Source: Eledone cirrhosa (taxonomy: Eukaryota). From it: a stretch of DNA of 64,000 nucleotides. The position numbers and the translations under genes were made by a program. The stretch lies in NCBI GenBank assembly GCA_964016885.1, contig OZ024754.1, forward strand, positions 37,820,001 to 37,884,000, in the 5' to 3' direction. Shown here piece after piece: positions 1 to 20,831 of this stretch (position 1 is its first letter; every line of letters starts with the position of its first letter). Under the pieces are notes generated by a model that did no database searches, was not told where the DNA came from, and saw only the letters and a program-made list of their open reading frames with translations.

Positions 1-181
1 TAATTGTTTCTACGTTTGGCACAAGGCCAGCAATTACCCAGTACATTACTGGTACTTTATTTTATCGACCCCGTAAGGATGAAAGGCAAAGTTAACCCTG
101 GCGGGATTTGAACTTAGACCACAAAGGGCCGTAACTCTTTGTTGCAAAGCATGGCGTCCGACTCTCTGCTGATACTGCCAA
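1..181 (-). mobile_element. tRNA-derived SINE family A (mirror copy 13554-13734 +)
   Basis: A-box-like tggcagtatc, B-box agttcaaatcc, core gcctttcatccttacggggtcgataaaataaagtaccag and tail gtagaaacaatta. About 12 dispersed copies in the window. Confidence 0.85.
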
Positions 182-544
182 TCAATGGAAGCTATACCCA
201 TTTTCACAAGAGAAGACATCTCTCATCCACTCCAGAGTGGGTGGGAGATCACCCCGTCGGGCGGAGAGAGTTAACAGGTCTGTTTATTATCCAATCAAAT
301 TTACTCTATTTTATTCAGAGAGAGTATCAAGCACTAGGTTATTCTAATTGAAGATTTAGTCGGCATTTATTGCCGAAATATTTACCACGTTGAGGTTTTA
401 TTGTTGATTTATTTTTCAATATTTGTGGTTTAATCCAAGTTGAGTTATGTCGAACGTACATAGGTTACCAATATTCCACCAGTAACTATGCCGCCTTTTA
501 ATGTGTTCAGTGCAAACTATGCCGCCTTTTAATGTGTTCAGTGC

Positions 545-838
545 AAACTATGCAGTGTGGAAATACATTAACAGACTAAGATCTGATGTTGGACGTGCAA
601 AAATCAATCTTGCAAAATGGGGATATTTAAAGGATGGGGGTGTTGTGTGTGATTGCGGCATCGAACCACAGACTACGCAGCACCTCCTGATATGATGCCC
701 TGTTGGAACACCCCTGTACAGCATTGGACTTGGCAGTGTTTAATGAGAAAGGACAGCAATGTTTTCAGCTGTGGCGGAACCACATCTAGCCAAGCTTTGT
801 AACTGACACTCTTGTAGCCACGATAAGAAGAAGAAGCA
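545..838 (+). mobile_element. 3' end of Vingi/Ingi-like LINE (mirror ~12897-13190 -)
   Basis: WKYINRLRSDVGRAKINLAKWG...CDCGIEPQTTQHLLI*CP, a C-terminal zinc-knuckle motif with an internal stop, followed by a short (AAG)n tail. Confidence 0.6.
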
Positions 839-1217
839 CTTGGTATCTGATACAAGCAAAGGCCTTGTTTCAGGGGGGTACCAGGGGACAAGTCACCCCC
901 CCCCCCCCATCTCACCCCCACCCCACCCTCACCCCACACACACTATATTTTATTTTTTGTTTATTTGACATAATAAATTCTTTTTAAGCTTATTTTTTTA
1001 TATCTGAACTTCATTTGAATATATAAAATTTAATTAGCGTAAGATTTTCCTTATGTGATAGGGTCCGTGAAATGTGATAGGCACCATAAGCAATACTAAC
1101 AGTGTTCCTTTAAGAATCAACAAATGTTGGTTCGTCCCCATCACACTTTTAAGGCAAACAAGGCCCCTGGATACAAGTATCCTACTTTTAGAATTTGTGC
1201 GTTCACAAATCTTCTTT

Positions 1218-1895
1218 GCAATATGCACTCGTTCAGTGCCCGAGCATTGCTGACTTGTGGAACTATGTCGAACAGTTGCTGTCACGTGTGGGACTGATCC
1301 GGTTGTCGACTGAGTCCATTGTGCAGATGGTCTCGCCGTCTTCCTTCGAGGAGGAAGGGCAGGCGGTCTTCATCTGCCTGGTGGCCATGGCGAAAGAGAT
1401 TGTGGTGGACAAGGTTAAAAGGGTTAAAGACAGACACTTTCCTCTTCGGCGAATCCCTAATTAACTTTTTCAAGTTTCACTTGAAGAGAAAATCAGGGTG
1501 GAGGGGCAAGTGCTGCCTTCTAGCAAGTTTGTTGAAAGGTGGGTGAATGTAGCGAGAATGGTCCGAGTGAACGGGACCGCTCTGAATATACGTCTGTAGT
1601 TTGAGAGATGGAAAAATTGAGAGAGAGCGCTTGCCCTGGTGGTCAGGGTGGCCGTGGTCTTTTGTGTGGTTTTTGCCACGAGTAACCCTCGGAGGTTTCC
1701 CCCCTATTGGGGAATTTTTCATTGTTTCAATTTTCATTTTTATTGTTTATATATATATATATGTTTTATGTTCTTTTTTTTTTCTTTTCTTATATAAATA
1801 ATAAAAATATTTACACGCACAAAACCCACATCGTACCGTTCTGTGCCGTCTGTAATGTTTTTCTTGATGTCAGCCCTTGTGGCCAATAAAGAAAT
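1218..1895 (+). mobile_element. 3' fragment of Tx1/L1-like LINE (mirror ~11841-12519 -)
   Basis: ALVQCPSIADLW...AMAKEIVWWTRLKG...KFVERWV, frameshifted. 3'UTR ends cccttgtggccaataaagaaat. Homologous to 56941-57815 and 60888-62050. Confidence 0.75.
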
Positions 1896-1970
1896 CAATA
1901 TTATTATTTAAAAAAAAAATAATAAATAAAGAAATAAAGAAATCAATATTATTATTATTATTATTATTAT

Positions 1971-2257
1971 TTTGGCGACAGTTAGAATGACAATAACGCT
2001 ACTTTCTATTGAGAATTTGTTTTCTTTTGTGAACGCAACAACCAATGCACACACACACACACACACACACACACCATAAATATAAACACACACACTCCAC
2101 ACAAACATACACTACAGACTCACACACACACAAGCACACACACGCACAACACACCACACAAACATACACTCGCACAACACAGCACACAAACATACAATAT
2201 ACTCGCACAAACAACACACCACACAAACATATACCAGACACACACCACACACACATA

Positions 2258-2321
<64 letters not shown>

Positions 2322-2375
2322 GTATCTCTCCCTTCTTTCGACAGTATCTATTTGGCAAAGGTCTGAGCAAGCAAC
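1971..2375. repeat. Dispersed repeat with internal (CA)n; related copy at ~20665-20905, mirror ~11330-11766
   Basis: Shared flanks gcgacagttagaa..aacgcta..gagaattt..aacgcaacaa and tttcg.ca.tat.tattt...agcaagca around CA tracts. Confidence 0.55.
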
Positions 2376-2841
2376 ACCATATTTTGTGGGTAAACAAATG
2401 GCGAATAATAAACGACGACTGAGCAGCTTAATCAGCTCAGGCAGTCTCAGTCAAGATCAAGATATAGTTTTCGTTGATAGTTATTCACGGGGAGTTGTTT
2501 GGACCTATCGTATGTATCCCACAGTGAGTATGTAGCTCTTCTGTTAACCTTTCAATCACCCGTCCCTACATTTATAATATGATGTACAGGGTGGTCCGAA
2601 AGTCTTTTCACCCCCTACCAAGAAGTAATGAGAAACAGTTTATGTTCCCTTCGCAGTATCGTCATCTTCAGAGGAGCTGGTTTACCGAATCTTGCAGTGA
2701 AGTCATGTCGCACATCCTCCATGCTCTTGCCAGAATGTACACGATCATGTGTCCATAAACTTGCAAGCTGCCTCTCTTCCAAACTGTAGGAGCTCTGAAA
2801 TAGAAAATGATATTATTATTATTATATATTATAAAGACGAT

Positions 2842-3013
2842 GGGTTGTCAGTATCGGTAGAAGGTCGGACGCATAGAGTTACGGCCCTTGCCATTCTGAG
2901 TTCAAATCCCCCCGAGGTTAACTTTGCCTTTCATCCTTACGGGGTCAATAAAATAAAGTACCAGTAATGTACTGGGGTAATTGATGGCCTTGTGCCAAAA
3001 GTAGAAACAATTA
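2842..3013 (+). mobile_element. SINE family A copy
   Basis: Same A/B-box and core as 1-181. Tail-to-tail with 3030-3210. Confidence 0.85.
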
Positions 3014-3029
3014 TTATATATTACAAAAG

Positions 3030-3210
3030 TAATTGTTGCTACTTTTGGCACAAGGCCAGCAATTACCCAGTGCATTACTGGTACTTTATTTTATCGACCC
3101 CGTAAGGATGAAAGGCAAAGTTGACCTCGGCGGGATTTGAACTCAGACCGTAAAGGGACGTAACTCTTTGCTGCAAAGCATGGCGTCGAACCCTCTACCG
3201 ATACTGCCAA
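3030..3210 (-). mobile_element. SINE family A copy
   Basis: Full-length match to the family in reverse orientation. Confidence 0.85.
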
Positions 3211-3293
3211 TACACAATGAAAGTCAAAATAATATGTGACAAGGGGTGACAAGACCTTCGGACCACCCTGTATATGAAAGCGTACGCGCTATA

Positions 3294-3583
3294 TTCTTCT
3301 TCTTCTTCTTCTTCTTCTTCTTCTTCTTCTTCTTCTTCTTCTTCGCAACATCACCATCATCATCATCATCATCACCATCAACACCACCACCACCACCACC
3401 ACCACCACCACCATCTCTTCTTATCGCCATCGTCATCATCATCATTACCGTCATCATCATCATCATCATCCTCACCATCATCACCACCGCCGCCGCCGCC
3501 ACCACCACCACCACCACCACCACAATCACCCCCCCCCCCCCCCCATCTTCACCCCCCACCTCCACCATCGTCATCATCATCAA
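3294..3583. repeat. Compound trinucleotide microsatellite (TTC/CAT/CAC/CGC)n
   Basis: Directly visible. Mirror at ~10131-10408. Confidence 0.95.
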
Positions 3584-4244
3584 CTAACATTTTTTTTTTA
3601 CTTCTATAGACATTTGATATATTTAAACCTATGTTTACAACTACAGGTAGGTGTTGTTGTCATACAACAAAACCATGCAACGGAATTTGTGAACCCTGCA
3701 ACTGATAGAGGTTAAACCCAAGTTACTCGTGTTATAAATGCTGGTGATCCAAATTTTGGAATGAAATTAAATTTTTCCACATTTTGTGAAATAAAAGAAA
3801 TCTTTTTGAAATATAAAAAAAATCATCGCTCTACTTGGCTGAATACAGTTTTTCAAATATTAATAATTGTTTCTACTTTTTGGCACAAGGCCAGCAATTA
3901 TCCCAGTGTATTACTGGTACTAATAATAATATTCGATTCGTTTGCAATTATGCAAATAGCCTCTTTTTTGAAGCCATGTCAGTAGAAAACAACAGTAGAA
4001 AACAAGAAAGGAGAAAACAACATTATATATATATATATATATAGTGACGAAACATAAGTCAATTGCGTGAACTCATAATCCTTTATTTACTGCTATATAT
4101 ATTTCGATGATAGCCATTGAATGGCTATGACCTCATCAGGTAGTTAGTCAGCTCTGTGTTTATAGTGTTGATGGTATCAGAGCCTTGGGACATATGTATA
4201 TGTTGATGGTATCAGAGCCTTGGGACATATATATATATAAATAT

Positions 4245-5512
4245 ACTTAGCTTTTATTGACCTAGAGAAGGCCTTTGTAGGGTACCCCGATCTGTCATCT
4301 GGTGGTCCCTAAGGAAACTATGTGTTGAGGAATGGCTTGTGAGGACAGTGCAAGCTATGTACAGAGGTGCTGTCAGTAAAGTGATAGTAGGAATGGAGTT
4401 CAGTGAGGAATTCCAGATACAAGTAGGAGTATATCAGGGTTCGGTCCTCAGCTCGCTCTTGTTCATTATAGTCCTCCAAGCCATAACAGAGGAGTTTAAG
4501 ACTGGCTGTCCATGGGGACTTCTCTATGCTGATGATCAGGTTCTTATAGCAGAATCAGTAGAGGAGCTAGAGAATAAATTCTGGCTATGGAAACAGCAGT
4601 TGGAATCAAGAGGACTGGGAGTGAACCTAGCTAAGACAAAAGTGTTGACAAGTAGATAAGAGGACAAAACTCTGATTCCATCAGGCAAATGGCCATGTTC
4701 GATATATAGGAAAGTAACTGGTATAAATTCTATAAAATATACGCAATGCATATCTTGGGTACACAAGAGATGTAGTGGGATAGCAAGCAAACTAACAGGT
4801 AGGGAAAACTACGTATGCAGTAAATGTACAGGGAAAGTTGACAGTAGTAATCGCAGTGATAGACACATTTTTCAAATGCAGGTGGGTTCTATAGATGTGG
4901 ATGATAGCTTCCGGTACCTAGGTGATCAGATTAGCATGGGAAGGGGTGTTCCGAGGCCATAATATCTAGAATAAGGACGGGTTGGAAGAAGTTTAGGGAG
5001 CTGCTTCCTCTGTTGACAAAGAAGGGTTTCTCTTTGCGTACGAAAGGCCGGTTATATGGTGCTTGTGTGAGATGCGCGATGCTGCATGGTAGTGAGACAT
5101 GGGCAGCAACTACAGAGGATATGCGACGGCTGGAGATAAATGAAGCAAGCATGCTCCGTTGGATGTGCAATGTGCGTGGACGACCAATCATAGATGAGTT
5201 GAGAGAGAAACTGGTATAAGAGGGATAAGTTGTGGCGTGCAGGAGAGAAGACTGAGATGGTATGGACATGTGATGCTCATGCAGGATGACCGCTGGGTAA
5301 AGAAGTGCCAAGAAATCCCAGTAGAAGGAAGGCGCAGTAGAGTAAGACCACGAAAAACATGGGCGGAGGTGGTGAGAGCAGACCTCAGATCACTGAAACT
5401 CACGGAGGAAATGACGAAGGACCGTGACAAGTGGAGAGATGGTGTGCTGAATAGGACCCGTCCCATCCTTGCAAGCAGGGAAAAGCGAACGTAAAATGAT
5501 GATGATGATGAT
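4245..5512 (+). mobile_element. 5'-truncated, decayed RTE-clade LINE
   Basis: RT motifs FIDLEKAF, QGSVLS, LYADD; C-terminal LRWYGHV...GRRSRVRPRKTW; (GAT)n tail; stops and frameshifts. Confidence 0.88.
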
Positions 5513-5815
5513 GTTGATACATATATATATACATATATATACATATATAATTATAAAAAACGAGGAGTCACTGTTGCATCATGTCACATTTATTAACATA
5601 ATACATATCTGTGTTCAGACACACAAAACATATCTGAAGAGTCGGGTTCGATCTGTAAGAGCTGATCGGCGGAGAAGCATATGTAATATGTTAATAAATG
5701 TGACATGATGCAACACTGATTCCTCGTTGTTTATAGTATTATACTCTGCTCTGTGCGAGCATCGAGTGCTCAACCGGCATACCGCCTACGGACGTATTTA
5801 CCTGCAACCTTACAA

Positions 5816-5946
<131 letters not shown>

Positions 5947-6034
5947 ATCTATATATATCATCATCATCACTGTTTAATGTCTATTTTCCATTCTTGCATG
6001 GGTTAGACAGGTCTGCTTATATATATATATATAT

Positions 6035-6075
<41 letters not shown>

Positions 6076-6119
6076 TTTGCGTCCGCTTTTCCCTGATTAT
6101 ATATATGTGTGTTTCTTTA

Positions 6120-6894
<775 letters not shown>

Positions 6895-6982
6895 AAAAAA
6901 AAGGAAAGCATTAAATGACAAAATTTCTCTTAAGTATGTTGGATGAATATTTTCAGGAGACTTGAATATACAAATGAACTTT

Positions 6983-7027
<45 letters not shown>

Positions 7028-7283
7028 ACACACATATATATATACATACATACACACAGACACACATATATCTACGGTTCTTATATATTTGATATATATT
7101 TATCCTTAACGAGCCCTCTTTGGATTTTAGTCTTCAAATTTATTATTATTACTATATATATATATATATATATAAGTAGACCTGTTCACTTGACCAGTCT
7201 AACCCATGCAAGTACGCAAAAAAGACATTAAACAGTGATGATGGTGATGATATATATACATACACACACACACACACACACAC

Positions 7284-7378
<95 letters not shown>

Positions 7379-7387
7379 CATATATAC

Positions 7388-7443
<56 letters not shown>

Positions 7444-7501
7444 ATATATATCATCACCATCATCACTGTTTAATGTCTATTTTCCGTACTTGCATGTATA
7501 T

Positions 7502-7537
<36 letters not shown>

Positions 7538-7538
7538 G

Positions 7539-13734
<6,196 letters not shown>

Positions 13735-13857
13735 TGTAAAATTCCCCCATTTCTCTCCATTTTGGGGCCCTTTTTTTCATGGTACTCCCCGTTTGGGTTT
13801 TTAGAGGTTGGCAGGTCTAAATAAAGTTCAACTCAGTAGCTATTTTAAGATTTTATT

Positions 13858-14103
13858 GGTCAGGGAATGACATACAAGTGACTGAGCATTCCAGAGAGAT
13901 GTCTACTCTTAACGTGGTCTAGAGGGATATTGAATGTGACATTGTGTGACAAGTCATTTGAAGTACAACTAATCTTTTTACAACTGAGTGAATTCGAGGA
14001 ACGTGAAATAAAGAATCGTCACGAAGGACACAACACGTCGCAGATTATTCGAACTCACAACCTTGCGATTGTGAGCCGAACATTCTAACTGCTGAACCAA
14101 GCA
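13858..14103 (-). mobile_element. Decayed tRNA-derived CORE-like SINE family B
   Basis: Reverse complement reads gttagaatgttcggctcacaatcgcaaggttgtgagttcgaat...tgtgtcctt...tttatttcacgtt...cactcagttgtaaaa, similar to 63423-63670. Confidence 0.6.
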
Positions 14104-14570
14104 CCTCCACTCTCTCTTCCTCCCTCTCTTTCTCTCTCATACACACTTTCTCTCATATACACACACACTCTCTCCCTCTCTCGTACACACTTTCTCTCAC
14201 ATACACACACACTCTCTCCCTCTCTCGTACACACATCCACTTTCATATACACATACTCTCTCTCTCCCACACACACAAGCACACTCCATGCCTCTCTTTC
14301 TCTCACACACACACACAAACATACCCTCTCTCTTACACACTTGTCTCTTTCTCTCAAACACACACAATCTCTCTCTACTCAAACAAATAGATACACATAA
14401 CACACACACACACACTCTCTCTCTCTCCACACACGCACCCAGACAGAGAAAATACATACAAATACATAGGAGGTTCGTTTTCCTGAAGTATTAATCAGGT
14501 GGGCTGTGATAATCGTCAAGGGAGCCGCCGAATCTTCTAAAAACAATAGCATGATGAAATTGAAAACAAT

Positions 14571-14987
14571 TTAACCCTTTAGCATTCACATTACTCTGTA
14601 TATACTATTATATTTTCATGGGCAGTGAATTGGCAATATCGGTAGAGGGTCGGACATGCTTTCCAGCATAGTTACGTCCCTTTACGATCTAAGTTCAAAT
14701 CCCGCCGAGGTTAACTTTGCCTTTCATCCATACAGAGGTCGATAAAATAAAGTACCAGTAATGTTCTGAGTAATTGCTGGCCTTGTGTCAAAAAGTAGAA
14801 ACAATTATATTTTCATGGTAAAGGCTTTACCTCACATAAATATCTCACATAATATGGAATCTATGAGATTTTGAAAGTATTTGAACAATACCTTACCATC
14901 AGTTTGAGCGACTAGTTACAGCCAGTTTCAACAGAAAGAGGTAGAGAATTCTGGCCGGTTTTGGCCGGTTTAAACATTAAAAGGTTA
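14571..14987. mobile_element. Possible piggyBac-like MITE (TTAA-CCCTTT ... AAAGG-TTAA) with nested SINE A (14620-14807 +)
   Basis: TTAA-flanked short imperfect TIRs. The SINE insert is clear, the MITE call is weak. Confidence 0.4.
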
Positions 14988-15128
14988 AAACTAAGATAGA
15001 TCAGAGGTTCTTAAACTTTTGGGGCCACCGCCCCCACACCTCACCGCCAGGTAATACCCTCAGCGCGTCCAACCCTATATCCAGAAAGACCTGCCTACAC
15101 GCGAATTGTAAATAATATATAAAAAAAA

Positions 15129-15533
15129 CTAGCAGAAGTACCCGGCGTTGCTCGGAGTTTAATTGCTTTAGCCGCAGCAGTGGAGGCAGCATTTTTGCTT
15201 CGTCGTCGAGAATGTTGTTCATCAGTTTGCGCTGCACATGCAACTGCAGTTAGAAATGCATTCCCGGAAAGGCGGATGCTCCTCTGTTCTCTGTCTCGGT
15301 TGACCGGGTAATTGCATTTCGAGTCGCATTTTGTGACAACCGAGTATTTAGGTTCATCGATTTTTTTTTATAGAAGCAGGAAATTTTTCGCAAAGTTTAT
15401 TACGCGGTGACCATCGTTGGTAAATTTGGGGCACATTGGAAAAAAAATCATCAAAATCGGTAGAGAAATGTAGAAATGCATAAAAATTATACACACACAC
15501 AGACAGACATCTTCCGTTTTATATATATAGAGA
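15129..15533 (-). mobile_element. Non-autonomous Helitron
   Basis: Minus strand starts TCTCTATATATATAAAA and ends with hairpin ccgagcaacgccggg + tacttctgCTAG followed by T. Confidence 0.75.
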
Positions 15534-16036
15534 CTAGCAGAAAACCACCCACCGGGTGGTTTTCTGCTAGTATATATATATATTACACACACAGAAATGT
15601 ATATATATTTCTGTGTGTATATATATATATATTACACACACAGAAATGTATATATATTTCTGTGTGTATATATATATATATTTCTGTGTGTGTATATATA
15701 TATATATATTACACACATACAGAAATGTATATATGTTTCTGTAGCACTCCTCAACCCCCCCCCTCTCCCTCCCGCTATCCCCCTCTTGTAGTCTGTCTCT
15801 TTCTTTCACTCTCACTCTCTCTCTACGCGTCGGACAGACAGACAGAGAAATTGCTGGTTATATATTATAAGGAGACTAGCAGAAAACCACCCACCGGGTG
15901 GTTTTCTGCTAGTCGATATATATTTAACACACACACAAACACACAAACACAAACACAGATAAACACACACATACATATATATATATATACACCCATGTTC
16001 ATATTTTGAGATGCATTATTCTCAAATCAGATTATT

Positions 16037-16223
16037 CGGTGGATTGGCAGTATCGGTAGAGGATCGGACGCCATGCTTTCCAGCATAGTTACGTCCCTTT
16101 ACGATCTGAGTTCAAATCCCGCCGAGGTTGACTTTGCCTTTCATCCTTACGGGGTCGATAAAATAAAGTACCAGTAATGTACTGGGTAATTGCTGGCCTT
16201 GTGCCTAAACGTAGAAACAATTA
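16037..16223 (+). mobile_element. SINE family A copy
   Basis: Full A-box, B-box, core and tail. Confidence 0.85.
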
Positions 16224-16303
16224 TCTCTGACAGGAAGAACTAGTTTATAATTGTTAAGAAAAATTAAGCATACAGACATATTTTAGGAAACTTATGAATT
16301 CCT

Positions 16304-16337
<34 letters not shown>

Positions 16338-17140
16338 ACACTCACAGACACACGCACAGACAGACACACACGCATACAGACACATACGCTAACACACACA
16401 TACCATACACACACTCATACATACGCACATATGCACACACGCTAACACACACATACACACGCACATACACACTTAAACCTATATATATGTATATATAGAG
16501 AGAGAGACACACATAATATACATATATAATATATATATATATATATATAATATATATATATATATATTATATATACACACACACACACATATAACACACA
16601 CCCATATATAAAACACACACACGTACACACATACACACACACATATAACACACACACATATATAACACACATACGCACACACATACACACACACATACAC
16701 ACACACATACACACACACATATAACACACACACATATAATACACACACACACACGCATACACACACATATAACACACACACACACACACACGCATACACA
16801 CACATATAACACACACACACATATATATATATATTATATGCTCAGCCCCAGTGAGTTGGTTAAAACACCAAAAGCCAGTCTTAAAGTTGTCGTCTGTAAA
16901 CCAAAGAACTAGGCTGTGTCTGGCTAGATCTCCATGGTAACTACTCCAAGGTCGCGCGTGCCATGGCTGGGGACGCAGGTGTCACGTGCTGGCCTAGAAC
17001 GCTGGTTGTTGGAATCAGTGGTCGACGACATAACATATATATTATATGTGTGGAACAGTATAAATATTTCTTCGTATTTACTAATATATATATATATATA
17101 TATTCCTGGTGATTTCTCAAGAATGAAACAGTTCTAGTCT

Positions 17141-17176
17141 ATATATATATTACACACACAGAAATGTATATATATT

Positions 17177-17229
<53 letters not shown>

Positions 17230-17253
17230 CACACACAGAAATGTATATATATT

Positions 17254-17294
<41 letters not shown>

Positions 17295-17373
17295 CACGCA
17301 CAGAAATGTATATATATTTATGTGTGTATATATATATATATTTATATTACACACACAGAAATGTATATATATT

Positions 17374-17408
<35 letters not shown>

Positions 17409-17544
17409 TACACACACAGAAATGTATATATATTTATGTGTGTATATATATATATATTTATATTACACACACAGAAATGTATATATATTTATGTGTATAT
17501 ATATATATATATATATATTACACACACAGAAATGTATATATATT

Positions 17545-17589
<45 letters not shown>

Positions 17590-17797
17590 CACACACAGAA
17601 ATGTATATATATTTATGTGTGTATATATATATATATATATATTACACACACAGAAATGTATATATATTTCTGTGTGTATATATATATATATATATTACAC
17701 ACACAGAAATGTATATATATTTCTGTGTGTATATATATATATTTCTATGTGTGTATATATATATATATTACACACACAGAAATGTATATATATTTCT
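17141..17797. repeat. Minisatellite, ~50-75 bp unit tattacacacacagaaatgtatatatattt(a/c)tgtgtg(ta)n; also 15571-15740
   Basis: About 11 tandem, partly self-complementary units. Confidence 0.93.
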
Positions 17798-17917
17798 TAG
17801 AACAAAATTATTATTAATGTTTTGCTGTTCATAACAATTGGAATTGAAAAATTACTTTTGAAATTATTAGTTATTTTACTAATGCTTAGATATGTAAAAA
17901 TGAAGCAATGTTTCTAA

Positions 17918-18108
17918 TAATTGTTTCTACTTTTGGCACAAGGCCAGCAATTAACCAGTATATTACTGGTACTTTATTTTATCGACCCCGTGAGGATGAA
18001 AGGCAAAGTTAACCTCGGTGGTATTTGAACTCATACCGTAAAGGGACGTAACTCCATGCTATGAAGCATGGTGTCCGACTCTCTACAGATTCTGCCAATC
18101 CACCGCCC
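17918..18108 (-). mobile_element. SINE family A copy
   Basis: Reverse match to the family. A more diverged copy lies at ~19905-20098 (-). Confidence 0.85.
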
Positions 18109-18408
18109 TAATGAGGGAGTGAGAGGGGAGAGAAAGAAAGGCAGAGGTGAAGTGACGAAGTGACTCTCTCCTCCTCCTTCTCCTCCTCCATTTCCCCATT
18201 CGTCACAGCGTTAGAGGGGAGGAATGTTAGTGTGTTACAAAGAGAAAGAGTGAGAGTGAGAGAAACAGACAGACTAAAAGAGAGGGATAGCTGGAGAGAG
18301 AGAGATATAGCAACCACGCGCGCACGTGTTTCCACTGTCGGACAGACAGACAGAGAAATTGCTGGTTATATATTATAAGGAAATAAAATCATTAATTTAT
18401 ATATAATA

Positions 18409-18763
18409 CTAGCAGTAAAGTCCGGCGTTGCTCGGGGTCGCTCAGTAGCTGTGTTAAAGTTACAATGTTAAGTTTCTTTTTTGGCTTAAAGTCTGTCTGC
18501 ACGACTGTCTGTCTGCACGCCTAAGACGCTCAATGTAAACAGAACAAAGGGAAATAACTCGTCACTTACGCTCAAAAATCGATATATTAGATTCGATTTC
18601 GTCACATAGGGTGGGTCAATTTTAAATATTTTTTTCCGATGTCTTCGCTAGGGCTCAATGTACAAGTATAGCAATTTCGGTGCAATTCCGTCAGAGATTC
18701 TAAGAGGAGATGTGTGCCAAAAATCGATAGACAGACAGACAACCACAGCTTTATATATATAGA
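18409..18763 (-). mobile_element. Non-autonomous Helitron
   Basis: Minus strand A|TCTATATATATAAAG ... ccgagcaacgccgga hairpin ... gCTAG|T. Confidence 0.75.
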
Positions 18764-18841
18764 TATAATATAATATATACTATGTATAAATAGATATTAT
18801 ATATATTTTTTTATTTTACTATATTTATATCTATATCTATA

Positions 18842-19066
18842 TCTATATATAATATAAAAGAAAGATGTTTATTGGTTGGTAGGTCGAATCACGCGAAAAC
18901 TACACACACACACACACATACAGACACACTCACACACAGACACACTCACACATACATACATATGTCTAAAAAGAGAGACACAGAGGGAGAAGCAGAAAGA
19001 GAGAGATAGGCCGTTATACAGAGAGAGATACAATTAAAGTGTTAGATATTCAGAGAAGGGGGAGAG

Positions 19067-19145
<79 letters not shown>

Positions 19146-19628
19146 GTCTCACAAAGTAGCAGTTGAAGGTTTAACAATATTGCGTTAGCTTTTATAAAGT
19201 CGTTTTACAGTCTTTGATTTTACAGAACAAAGAAAAACTGATACTATTAGAAATTAATCTACTCGCCAGCTTTTATCCATATTCTACTTGCAGTCTGTAC
19301 TAACAAAGATAAACACTTCAGAAGCAATGTTATGCGGTATATTGCTGTGTTTCAGATGACGTCCTTTGGAGCTGAAAAAGATCATACTGACTATGGTTAT
19401 TTCACAACATTTAAAATCAGAGGCCAATGCTACCATTTAATCGGCAGTTTACTCACCCAGCCTAAGAAGGAAGTTTTATGATTGTTTTTTTTTATGTCTC
19501 TCTTACACACACTCACACACACATTACGGTCTCACCTCATACCAGACAACACATCCAATACAGTTGTTTTCCCTTTTATCCGTCTTCTCGTAACTGTTCT
19601 CCCGGGCGAAGCCGAGTACCTCAGCTAG
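18842..19628 (+). mobile_element. Non-autonomous Helitron
   Basis: A|TCTATATATAATATAAAAG start, cccgggcgaagccgag hairpin and CTAG|T end. Confidence 0.7.
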
Positions 19629-20265
19629 TATATCATAAATAATATAATATATAATATGTATAAATAAATATTATATATCTTTTATTTTACTATATATAAT
19701 ATGTATAATTTTATATTCAATATACTATTATTTCATGTCTACCGCAACCCTGAACCTTCTCAAGCCCCGGATGGGGGAGTAGTGCCCACTTTGAGAAGCT
19801 CTGGGTTAGAGTGTAGTAATGGGGTCCAAGTTGCATTAAGAAAATTCCCCTTTTTTATGTTAGGCTATGCGATTTATTTGCTAAAAACAAATAATGGTTT
19901 CTGATTTAAACACAAAGCCAACCATATTTTGGGAAAGGGAAAGTCAAATAAATCGACGCAAGTGCATTTTATCGACTCCGTAAGGATGAAAGGCAAAGCT
20001 GACCTCGACGGGATTTGAACTCAAAACGTAAAGGGCCATAACTCTTTGCCGCTAAGCATGTTGTCCGACGCTCTACTGATTCTGCCAATCCATCACCCTA
20101 AGCTAAAAATAAATAAGAATGAAGTAAAGCTTGTACAGTTACACTGGTAAGCTCGTGATTAAAGAACGAATGATGTTTTTTCTTTCTTTTAATTTACGTG
20201 TTTACCGTGTCATTTATATCTCAAGTATTGTCATTTAGTTCCCAGTAAGGGTAATTACACTTGCT

Positions 20266-20545
20266 TTTTCTTCTTCTTGTCCCACTTATTCATGAGAGGG
20301 TCGTGTGAGCAGAGTCCTCAAACACTCCTTCCAGCGGGTTTGTCAGAAGCAACCGTCTCCAACTGGTCTGGATGAAACCCCAAGCGTGACGAGCGAAGCT
20401 CAAGGATGTTATCAACCATGTTGCTCGGGGTCTACCCCGGAGTCTCCTACCTGTTGGTTTTGCCCATAAAATTTGTCCAACGATTCTTTCCTGAGACATT
20501 CTAACCACATGTCCATATTATCGGAACTATGATATCTCAATTCGG
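20266..20545 (-). mobile_element. RTE-like LINE 3' end
   Basis: GHVVRMSQERIVGQILWAKPTGRRLRGRPRATW followed by a (GAA)n tail. Confidence 0.7.
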
Positions 20546-20757
20546 AGAAAAAAACAAAAACAAAACAAAAGGAATCCTAGTTCAAATTTTGTCATTAAAA
20601 AAATAAAAAAAAAAGTTAATGAATCAGATCTAAACAGATTCTTAGTATTTTTCTTTCCGCCATTTTTTTGCGACAGTTAGAACAAGAACAACGCTATTGC
20701 TCGAGAATTTACCTTTCAATTTTTTTTTCCAATTGAAAACGCAACAAGTCACACATA

Positions 20758-20831
<74 letters not shown>

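Larger units (their letters stand above)
2587..3270. mobile_element. Tc1/mariner-type MITE carrying two SINE insertions (mirror 10433-11116)
   Basis: 28-bp TIRs cagggtggtccgaa(a/g)gtctt(t/g)tcacccc with 2 mismatches, flanked by TA on both sides. Confidence 0.75.
15002..19803. mobile_element. Possible hAT/Charlie-like MITE split by ~4.6 kb of nested insertions
   Basis: Ends cagaggttcttaaact / actttgagaagctctg are imperfect inverted repeats. Flanks agatagat / ggttagag could be a decayed 8-bp TSD. Confidence 0.35.

Noticed and set aside
4095-4145. Active hammerhead (CTGATGA..GAAA on minus; mirror 9570-9620)
   Set aside because: Core and long stem II are present but stem I is mismatched. Treated as a decayed Penelope-type remnant.
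16037-16130. tRNA gene
   Set aside because: The A/B boxes belong to a SINE head. No complete cloverleaf, and it is followed by SINE core and tail.
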